From an uncultured bacterium (lineage in GTDB: Bacteria; Krumholzibacteriota; Krumholzibacteriia; LZORAL124-64-63): a DNA stretch of 64,000 nucleotides. Under the pieces are notes generated by a model. The model made no database searches and had not been told where the DNA came from. It worked only from the letters and a program-made list of their open reading frames with translations. Where the stretch lies: the NCBI GenBank assembly GCA_963732385.1, contig CAVSZB010000007.1:544001-608000 (forward strand), in the 5' to 3' direction. Both the position numbers and the translations under genes were made by a program. Positions 56,451 to 64,000 of the stretch are shown here, one piece after another; position 1 is the first letter of the stretch, and each line of letters starts with the position of its first letter.

Positions 56451-57803
56451 ATGCCCGCATCGACTTCGGCCACCAGCGCCAACGGCGCCTGCCTCGCCAA
56501 ATTCAGCGGCCGCTGCTACCTCCTCGACACCAATGTCCTGCTGCACGACGCCACGGCGCTCGAAGCGTTCGAGCAGCGTGACATCATCCTGACCGTGGAT
56601 GTCCTCGAGGAACTGGACCGTTTCAAGCGCGAGAACGACGAGCGCGGACGCAACGCCCGGCGGGTGATCCGACAGATCGACGCTCTGCGCGCGGCCGGCA
56701 ACCTCCGCGAGGGGGTGCCGCTGCCCCACGGCGGCCGCCTCTTCGTACTCGTCGACACGTACGTCGACCAGCTGCCGCGCGGCCTCGACGGCAGCATCCC
56801 CGACAACCGCATCCTGGCGGCCGGATTATGGTTGAAGGCCCACGGCGCGGATGTTGTTTTCGTCACCAAGGACATCAACGCCCGCGTCAAGGGCGACGCC
56901 CTCGGCCTCGTCGCCGAGGATCTGCAGCGCAGCACGGTCAACTTCGACGAACTGTACACCGGGTGGTGCGAACTGGAAGTGCCGGATGCCGCCGTCGACG
57001 CCTTCTACAACGGCGAACCGTGCACTCCTGACGTGCCGCTGCTCCCGAACGAAGGGGTGCTGCTGCGCGCCGCCGGCAATGCCAAACACACCGCGCTCGG
57101 GATCTATCGCCGTGACACGGCACGAGTCGAGCCGCTGAAACACGAAGGCGCGCGCCCGTGGGGCCTCCAGCCGCTGAACCTCCAGCAGCGCTTCGCCCTC
57201 GAGCTGCTGATGCGCCCCGACATCCAGCTTGTCACCATGCTCGGCCAGGCCGGCACGGGCAAAACCCTGCTCGCCCTCGCCGTCGGTCTGCACCAGGTGG
57301 CCGAGGAGAAGAGCTACCGCAAGATCATGGTGTCGCGCCCGATCATGCCCCTCGGCCGCGACATCGGTTACCTGCCTGGATCCAAGGACGAGAAGCTTGA
57401 AAGCTGGATGGAGCCGATCTACGACAACCTGCAGTTCCTGGTCGATCCGGAGATGGAGAAATCCGCGGGCAAGGTCCAGTACCTGTTCGACGCGGGACTG
57501 ATCGATGTCGAGGCTGTTACCTACATCCGCGGTCGCAGTCTGCCCAAGATGTTCATCATCATCGACGAGGCACAGAATCTCACGCCGCACGAGGTCAAGA
57601 CCATCGTCAGCCGGGCCGGCACCGGCTCCAAGGTCATCCTCGCCGGCGACGCCTATCAGATCGACAACCCCTACCTCGACGCTTCCAGCAACGGGCTCAC
57701 GTATGTTGTGGAACGATTCAAGCAGGAGGCGATCTACGGCCACATCACGCTGGCCAAAAGCGAACGCAGCGAACTCGCGAGCCTCGCGGCGCGCCTGCTC
57801 TAG
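56451..57803 (+). CDS. PhoH2 family protein (PIN domain + PhoH ATPase)
   Basis: LDTNVLLHD, VLEELD.FK, DNRIL, TKDIN.R.K, G.AGTGKT, GYLPG...EK, YIRGRS, IDEAQN, GD..QID. Confidence 0.93.
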   Translation: MPASTSATSANGACLAKFSGRCYLLDTNVLLHDATALEAFEQRDIILTVDVLEELDRFKRENDERGRNARRVIRQIDALRAAGNLREGVPLPHGGRLFVLVDTYVDQLPRGLDGSIPDNRILAAGLWLKAHGADVVFVTKDINARVKGDALGLVAEDLQRSTVNFDELYTGWCELEVPDAAVDAFYNGEPCTPDVPLLPNEGVLLRAAGNAKHTALGIYRRDTARVEPLKHEGARPWGLQPLNLQQRFALELLMRPDIQLVTMLGQAGTGKTLLALAVGLHQVAEEKSYRKIMVSRPIMPLGRDIGYLPGSKDEKLESWMEPIYDNLQFLVDPEMEKSAGKVQYLFDAGLIDVEAVTYIRGRSLPKMFIIIDEAQNLTPHEVKTIVSRAGTGSKVILAGDAYQIDNPYLDASSNGLTYVVERFKQEAIYGHITLAKSERSELASLAARLL

Positions 57804-57818
57804 CTTGCGCGGTTCGAC

Positions 57819-58604
57819 TCAGCCGCCGGCCGGCGCCATTTCCGCGCCGGCGAGAAACTGTCGCAACTGTCCGAGCAGGCAGGCGTTACAGCGCTTGACC
57901 GCCCGCGGCAGGGTCTTCTCGGCCTGCTTCTTGTCATCCCGGGAGGTCGCCGGCACATAGATACGCCCGGCAACCTCGCCCAGGCAGGTCTGCTGCCAGA
58001 CCACTTCGCCCGCCCCGTCGCGCAGAGTCAGACGCACCTCGCATTCGGCCCGGTGCGCGGTCGGCATCGGCGCGGCGATCATCAGGGCGAGACCGGCCAC
58101 GACCCCCGTGCGGATACGGTCGGACGGCGTTTCACCGAACACCATGCCACCGAGCATGCCGGCCCCCAACGGCAGCAGATAGGCACCCGGAGAACGCTGC
58201 AGGCGGCAGGCGAGCGAGAAGATCTCGGCCGACAACGTGAATGCGGCCTGTCGGGGCAGCGGCGTCAACTCGACCATGCGGGTCTGGGTCAGATCCTGGG
58301 CCAGCGCGGCACGGTACAACTGATCGACCGGGCGCTGCCAGGTATCGTCGTCAGGGTAGGTGCGGCCGAAGAACGCACCGCGCCCCTCGTGCTGATCCGG
58401 CGCACGCCGATCCTCGATGGCCCCCAGAAATACCCGCGGAGGCGGCAAGGAATCCGCAAACACCATCCCTGCCTGCTCGTCTGGATAGGGCAGCCCGATG
58501 AGCGGCCCGCCGCAGGAACCGACCAGCAGGCCGCCCGCGCCCATCAGGAACAGGCTCAGCCAGGGCGCCACCCGCCGCGCCACCGGGGCTCGACCACCAT
58601 TCAT
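57819..58604 (-). CDS. Hypothetical lipoprotein
   Basis: Lipobox VGSC after a hydrophobic stretch; EDRR motif, internal hydrophobic hairpin. Confidence 0.65.
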   Translation of the reverse strand: MNGGRAPVARRVAPWLSLFLMGAGGLLVGSCGGPLIGLPYPDEQAGMVFADSLPPPRVFLGAIEDRRAPDQHEGRGAFFGRTYPDDDTWQRPVDQLYRAALAQDLTQTRMVELTPLPRQAAFTLSAEIFSLACRLQRSPGAYLLPLGAGMLGGMVFGETPSDRIRTGVVAGLALMIAAPMPTAHRAECEVRLTLRDGAGEVVWQQTCLGEVAGRIYVPATSRDDKKQAEKTLPRAVKRCNACLLGQLRQFLAGAEMAPAGG

Positions 58605-58643
58605 GGGAACCTCCCCGTCCGGATCAACCCGGGCGAAATGAAG

Positions 58644-59483
58644 CTACGGCGCAGACCGTCGCACCGCCATACCGACCTGCCAGCCATGACGAGCCGCCGC
58701 GTCACCCGTCCGCAGCGCGATCTCGAGCGTCCCGCCACTGCCCCAGTACCAGAAGGAACGATCCGCCGATCCGTCTGCGAAGGTGACAACCGGTCCGGCG
58801 ACCGCAATGCTGCCGACGACCACTTCGGCGCCCTCGGTCAGCCGCGCGCCGTGCGGACCATCACGTGCCACGTCGGTGATCGCATTACCGAACCGGTCGA
58901 TCCAGACGATCCGCCCGAGCGCCTGCGCCGTGGTCGAATCCGCCCCGTCGGCCCGCGCGCTGATCGCCCCGCTCGCCGCACCGAGGACCGCCGGACCAGC
59001 CGGACTGCCGAGTTGATGCAGTGGCACCCCCATCGCCAGATGGGCCGCCGCCGGCGCAAACAGATCGCGCCCCTCGAAGGTCGGCGCCGGCTTTCCCGCG
59101 CGGCCTCGCTGATAGAGCGGATTGTCGAGCCGGACTACCGACACCGGCCCGCCGCGCGCGAGGAAGCCGAACAAACCATTACCCGGGCCGACGAAAAACT
59201 GGCCGGCGGCGGCGACCGCCACGGCGGGCCGAGCGGTACCGACGCCGGGGTCCACCACCGCCAGATGCACGGTCCCGGCGGGAAACGTCGGCGCGACCCG
59301 CCCGAGCAGCCAGGACGCGCCCGAAACGTCGCCCGGAGGCAGAGCGTGCGAGATGTCGACCAGCAACGGCAGCGGGAACGGTTCGGGAAACCGATTCCAC
59401 TCCGAGAACAACATCGCCTTCATTTCGGCGACATACGGATCGGCGAGGCCGAAATCGGTCAGCAGGGTCAGCACGCGGATCAA
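58644..59483 (-). CDS. DUF62 / SAM hydrolase-halogenase family protein
   Basis: TLLTDFG..D.YV..MK, DISH, VH.AVVDPGVGT.R, GP.NG, TFEGRD.FAP.AA, IDRFGN.IT, GS.G.LEI. Confidence 0.9.
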   Translation of the reverse strand: MIRVLTLLTDFGLADPYVAEMKAMLFSEWNRFPEPFPLPLLVDISHALPPGDVSGASWLLGRVAPTFPAGTVHLAVVDPGVGTARPAVAVAAAGQFFVGPGNGLFGFLARGGPVSVVRLDNPLYQRGRAGKPAPTFEGRDLFAPAAAHLAMGVPLHQLGSPAGPAVLGAASGAISARADGADSTTAQALGRIVWIDRFGNAITDVARDGPHGARLTEGAEVVVGSIAVAGPVVTFADGSADRSFWYWGSGGTLEIALRTGDAAARHGWQVGMAVRRSAP

Positions 59484-59526
59484 CCCGGTTCCTCCCCGAC
59501 CAGAGTCTGGCCGACACCGGAGCGGG

Positions 59527-60351
59527 TCATCCGCCGGTGCCATGCCCTCCCTCCCGCAGCACATCGAGCATCACTCCGTGCAATTCCGGCGCGGCCGCCA
59601 GCACCGACTGGCCGCTCAGCAGACCTCCGACCCCCGCGAAATCGGTCACCAGCGCGCCGGCCTCGCGCGCCACCAGCGTGCCGGCCGCCGCGTCCCAGAC
59701 CCGCAGGCTCAGCTCCCAGTAACCATCCAGCTTGCCGGCGCCCACATGGCAGAGATCGAGCGCCGCACTGCCGCCGCGCCGTACGTCGGCGCACCCCATC
59801 ATGAGGAATCGCTGCAGACTGGCGGCGTTGCGCGCCACGAGCCCGTCCCGCACGTACGGAAAACCGGTGGCGAGCAGGGCGCGGTTCATCGGCACCGGCT
59901 CGCGCGGCCCCAGATCGCGCTGCCTTCCCGCCCGGGGCTGATCGAGCACCGCGCCGCCACCGCGGGCGGCGAGGTACAACTCGTCGAGGTAGGGAGCATA
60001 CACCGCGCCCAGCAGCGGCCCCGCCGCATCGGCGCAGGCGAGCGAGACGCAGTACATCGGATAGTCGTGGACGTAGTTCGTCGTGCCGTCGATCGGATCC
60101 AGATACCAGATGCGTCCCGAACCGCCCGCGCGCGAGCCCCCCTCTTCCGCCACCACGGAGTCGTCAGGATACGCGACCGCCAGAGCATCGACGATATCCC
60201 GCTCGATCAGACGATCGAGATCGGTAACCAGTTCCGTGCGCGACTTCCAGGCGATCTCACGCCGCCGTCCCTGCTCGGCCAGCAGTCGTTCCCCTGCCGG
60301 GAGCACCATCGCGCGCAATTTCGCCAGATCCGCCCCGCCCTGGTCGTTCAT
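59527..60351 (-). CDS. suhB: Inositol monophosphatase family protein
   Basis: ELVT..D, AEE, W..DPIDGTTNY, TGFPY, RR.GSAALD...V..G..DG.WE, WD.AAG....EAG. Confidence 0.9.
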   Translation of the reverse strand: MNDQGGADLAKLRAMVLPAGERLLAEQGRRREIAWKSRTELVTDLDRLIERDIVDALAVAYPDDSVVAEEGGSRAGGSGRIWYLDPIDGTTNYVHDYPMYCVSLACADAAGPLLGAVYAPYLDELYLAARGGGAVLDQPRAGRQRDLGPREPVPMNRALLATGFPYVRDGLVARNAASLQRFLMMGCADVRRGGSAALDLCHVGAGKLDGYWELSLRVWDAAAGTLVAREAGALVTDFAGVGGLLSGQSVLAAAPELHGVMLDVLREGGHGTGG

Positions 60352-60518
60352 GTGCCTCCCCGCCACGCCCCTTGGCCCCACGCTGAGGCCCGATGATAGG
60401 GCGGACGCGTCGCGCCGGCAACCGCCCGCTGCGCCGGCTGCTTGACAGCGGTGCGCCGCGCGGTAGCTTGTAGCCGATGCATGCCGCACGTTTTCCCGGG
60501 AAAGGATGCCACGATATC

Positions 60519-60737
60519 ATGGAAGAGAAGATCAAGGCCGCGCTGGAGCGGATCCGCCCCGCCCTGCAGGCCGATGGCGGCGACCTCGAATACATCGATT
60601 TCCAGGCCGGCGTAGTGACGCTGCGGCTCACCGGCGCCTGTGGCAGCTGCCCCATGTCGTTGATGACCCTCAAGCAGGGGATCGAGGCGCGGCTGCGCAA
60701 CGAAATTCCGGAGGTCCGGTCGGTCGAAGCGCTCTAG
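60519..60737 (+). CDS. NifU-C/Nfu-type Fe-S cluster carrier
   Basis: IRP.LQADGGD.E, L.GACGSCPMS..TLK.GIE; TTGACA-16-TAGCTT promoter-like sequence at 60442-60469. Confidence 0.92.
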   Translation: MEEKIKAALERIRPALQADGGDLEYIDFQAGVVTLRLTGACGSCPMSLMTLKQGIEARLRNEIPEVRSVEAL

Positions 60738-60758
60738 ACCCGGTCGACCGGCGCCTCT

Positions 60759-62770
60759 TCAATAGCCGAGGCTGCGCAGTTGACGGCGCAGATCCTCGGG
60801 GACGGCGGTTTCGCGCGCCCCCTCGTCGCCCGCGCGCAGCGCGCCGCCCGCCAACTGCCAGGCCGCGCGCAGGCGCTCTCCCGCCGCCACGATCGAATCC
60901 GCACCGGCCGGCGCCGGCGCGCCAGCCAACGCCCGGGGCGCAGCGGCCAGATCGTACCAGGTGAGGCGGCCACCAGGGTCCAATCCCACGCCCAGCCAGG
61001 GCCACTGCAACCATCCCACCTGAGGCGGTCCGTACAGCAGATTCTCCAGGACCAGAGGGGCGACCTGCGACCGCCCGGCGGACGGAGTGGCTGCCGCACC
61101 CGGCCTCAGATCGCTCCCCACGCTCCCTGCCGGCCGCGGCCAGCCGAGCACGGCGGCGACCGTGGGGACCACGTCGAGCAGCGAGACCGGATCCGTGATC
61201 ACGCGCCCTCCGTCCGTACCCCCGGGAAACCGGACGATCAACGGCACTCCGGTCACTTCCGGCAACAGGCTGTGGCCGTGGTCGAGACCGCCGTGGTCGA
61301 ACAGTTCCTCGCCATGATCGGCAGTGACGATGACCAGGGTGCGGTCCAGCAACCCCGATTGCCGCAACTCGTCGAACAGCCGACCGGCCCAGGCGTCGGC
61401 GTACTGCACCTCCCGGGCATAGAGCGAAGCGATCGCGCGGCGCGCCGCATCGTCCGGCGACCAGGCTCCCGAGCGCACCGCGTAAAGAGCCGTGAAACTG
61501 CGTCCGCGGAAGAACCCGGTATCGGGAACATCAGACACGAGCGGAGCGACCCCGTGACCGGCGGCCGGCGCCGGCGCCGGCGTCGGATCGTCCGGCAACT
61601 CGCGCCAGGTATAGGGGAGATGGGGATCGAGCAGGTGTATCCAGAGGAAGAACGGGCGCTCCCGACCGTGTCGGCGCAACCAGCGCAGCGTCTTCGGACA
61701 TCACGACGCCCGCTTCCGCCGCGTCGAAATGCAGATCGGCGTAGCGGGACAGCTCCCGGACGAACACGCAGCGTTCCGCCGGTTCGAGGAAGTTCGAGCA
61801 CGAGGGAGTGCTCGAACGTGGCGTAACCGCGATCGAAGCCGTACCAGCGCGACAGGTACGGGTTGGTGACAAAAGCCGCCGTCTGCCACCCCCGACTCCA
61901 CGCAGTGGAGGCCAGCGTGCCCAGCGTAGCGGGCAACGGACGGTACTGCCGCAGATCGAGCGCCGCGGGAGGACACCCGGTCAGCAGCGCGCCCACCGCC
62001 GGCAGGGTCCAGGGGCTGGGGGTCCACGCATTGGTGAACAGCGTCCCTTCGCCGGCGAATTCGTCGAGGTTCGGCGTGGGCGGTCCCGCCGGGTCGAGTC
62101 GGGACAGATGATCGCGTCGCCAGGCGTCGATGGTCAGCAGAACCACATTCGGCGCCCCCGCCGGTGTCGCCGCCTGCCGCACCAGTCCCAGGGTGCGGCG
62201 GCGCGGCTCGTCGGCGCGCCAATACGGCCAGGCGACCGCGCCAGCCGCGACCAGAATCAGCGGTCCGACCAGCAGCCAGGCGGGACGTCGGGCCAGACGA
62301 GCGGCCACCGGTCGCAGCGCAATGCACCCCAGCCCGGTGGCGCCGAGCCAGAGCAGTCCGAGCGCCCCCTTGCCGGCGACGACGCCGTGAGCGCTCCACC
62401 AGACCGGCACGAGACGCTCGCGCAGCAGATAGGCTGACCAGACGACCAGCAGAAAAGCCCCACTGCCGGCGACCGCCGCGGCAAAAGCGGCGCGGCGCGG
62501 TCGGCGCGCCTGCCGCAGCATCAGCCCGGCTGCCGGGAAGACTAAGACCGTCATCGCCAGGCCGGTGACGCCGCACAACACTGTCGGCGGCAGGACGGCG
62601 CGCCAGAATCCCTGGTTCGGCAGGTCCGGCGGCGGCCCGAAGCGCAGCCATTGCACGCTGGCCTCCAGGCCCCCGAGCCCGGCACCCACGACCCACGCCG
62701 CCAACAGCGCGGCCGCGCCCGTTCTCAACCAGCCGCGCAACGCGCGCCTCCCCCCGCGCCTCGGCCCCAC
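60759..62770 (-). pseudogene. Membrane-anchored sulfatase-like hydrolase/transferase broken by two frameshifts (pseudogene or sequencing error)
   Basis: N-terminal TMs, PNVVL.TID..R.D, TPNLD, SPWTLP....LLTG in one frame; a short middle segment in a second frame; FFLW.H..DPH.PY, Y..E..Y.D, TADHGE..H.H...P.I in a third. Confidence 0.8.
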
Positions 62771-62918
62771 CCGCCAGCGGGCGGCGACGGCGCGTCGTAT
62801 TGATCGACCAAAAGCCGCTGGCGGTCAAGCGGGCCTTGGGGCAGATTGGGGACTCGCGCGGCCTGCACCGGTCGCGGTCCACGGCGGGACCTGCCTTCCG
62901 GGCAGGATCGGAGGCACG

Positions 62919-64000
62919 ATGCAGACCTACCGCGGCGTCGATTTCTACGGCTTCGAGGCCCAGCTCTCCGACGAGGAACGCTCCGTCCGCGACACCGTCC
63001 GCGTCTGGGTCGAGCAGCAGTTCCTGCCGGTGGTGCGCCAGCACCACGCCGCCGGGACCTTTCCGGTCGCGCTCGGTCGCGACCTGGGCACCCTGGGGTT
63101 ACTCGGCCCGAGCGTAAAGGGACCCGGCTGTGCCGGACTTTCGTCCACCCTCTACGGCCTGATCTGCCAGGAACTAGAACGGGGCGACAGCGGTCTGCGC
63201 AGTTTCGCGTCGGTCCAGGGCAGTCTCGTCATGTGGCCTATCAGCGTCTACGGCAGCGCAGAGCAGCAACGGAAATGGCTGCCTGAGCTGGCGGCCGGAC
63301 GCCTGCTCGGCTGCTTCGGCCTGACCGAGTCCGGTCACGGCAGCGATCCGGGGGGCATGGAAACGACCGCTGTCCGCGACGGCGACCGCTGGGTCCTTCA
63401 AGGGTCCAAGATGTGGATCACCAACGCCACCCTCGCGGACCTCGCGCTGGTGTGGGCGCGCGGCCCCGACGGCGTGCTCGGCTTCCTGGTTGAGCGGGGC
63501 ACGCCCGGCTTCACTGCGCAGGAGATCCGCGGCAAGTTCAGCCTGCGGGCCAGCGACACGGGGGAACTGGCGTTCGATGCGGTGCGGCTGCCCGACAGCG
63601 CCCGACTGCCGCTGGCGCGCGGACTCAAGGCGCCGCTGGCCTGCCTCAACGAGGCGCGTTATGGCATCGCCTGGGGCGCGGTCGGCGCGGCGGCCGACTG
63701 CTACCATACGGCGCTCGCCTACGCTCTCGAACGGCGTCAGTTCGACCGCCCCGTGGCCGGCTTCCAGCTCGTGCAGGCGCGGCTGGTGGACATGCTGACC
63801 GAGATCACCAAGGCGCAGGGACTCGCGCACCAGCTGGGGCACCTCAAGGACCGGGGCGTCAACCCGGCACCGCTCGTTTCCCTCGCCAAGCGCAACAACG
63901 TCGCCATGGCGCTGGACTGCGCCCGCTCCGCGCGGGAAATCCTCGGCGCCGCCGGCATCACCGACGAGTACCCTGTAGGCCGGCACCTCACGAATCTCGA
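62919..64000 (+). CDS. Glutaryl-CoA dehydrogenase-like acyl-CoA dehydrogenase (partial, runs off the window)
   Basis: Manual translation MQTYRGVDFY...LSDEER; YGL.CQELERGDSG.RSF.SVQ.SLVM, GCFGLTE..HGSDP.GM.T, G.KMWITN, K.SLRAS.TG, LNEARYGI.WG, KRNN. Confidence 0.9.
   Translation, partial: MQTYRGVDFYGFEAQLSDEERSVRDTVRVWVEQQFLPVVRQHHAAGTFPVALGRDLGTLGLLGPSVKGPGCAGLSSTLYGLICQELERGDSGLRSFASVQGSLVMWPISVYGSAEQQRKWLPELAAGRLLGCFGLTESGHGSDPGGMETTAVRDGDRWVLQGSKMWITNATLADLALVWARGPDGVLGFLVERGTPGFTAQEIRGKFSLRASDTGELAFDAVRLPDSARLPLARGLKAPLACLNEARYGIAWGAVGAAADCYHTALAYALERRQFDRPVAGFQLVQARLVDMLTEITKAQGLAHQLGHLKDRGVNPAPLVSLAKRNNVAMALDCARSAREILGAAGITDEYPVGRHLTNL

Overview
A very GC-rich bacterial chromosomal segment, mostly encoded on the minus strand. 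Gene content (gingipain-type C25 protease with an NYPNPFNP/FlgD-Ig C-terminal domain, BamD, heptose/GT9 LPS genes) suggests a diderm FCB-group organism, e.g. Krumholzibacteriota/Latescibacterota-like; this is inference. Contents in coordinate order: polA (5' end), nadD, bamD, rimO, ftsK, accC; an IS1-like element with 20-bp terminal inverted repeats; pilT, accB, efp, aroQ, a TPR gene; a tightly coupled 8-gene operon of unknown function built around a GlmL-type ASKHA ATPase and five membrane proteins, with no B12 mutase in the window; an acyl-CoA dehydrogenase and phzF-like gene; an hsp20-lon-LPS/glycosylation superoperon; lexA with a reduced ImuB/DinB-like gene and a candidate direct-repeat SOS box; a protease/peptide-binding trio; an operon led by a ParA ATPase fused to a glycogen-binding CBM48 domain plus a degenerate MinD-like partner, running into surface-polysaccharide genes; glnA, PhoH2, a DUF62 variant, suhB, an Nfu protein, a doubly frameshifted sulfatase-like gene and a partial glutaryl-CoA dehydrogenase-like gene. 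I recognised no rRNA, tRNA or CRISPR array. The two best candidates for undescribed systems are the GlmL-membrane operon (12770-19623) and the ParA-CBM48 module (51725-54197). All family calls come from motif recognition by eye, not database searches. Several start codons were re-picked from SD sequences and stop/start overlaps.
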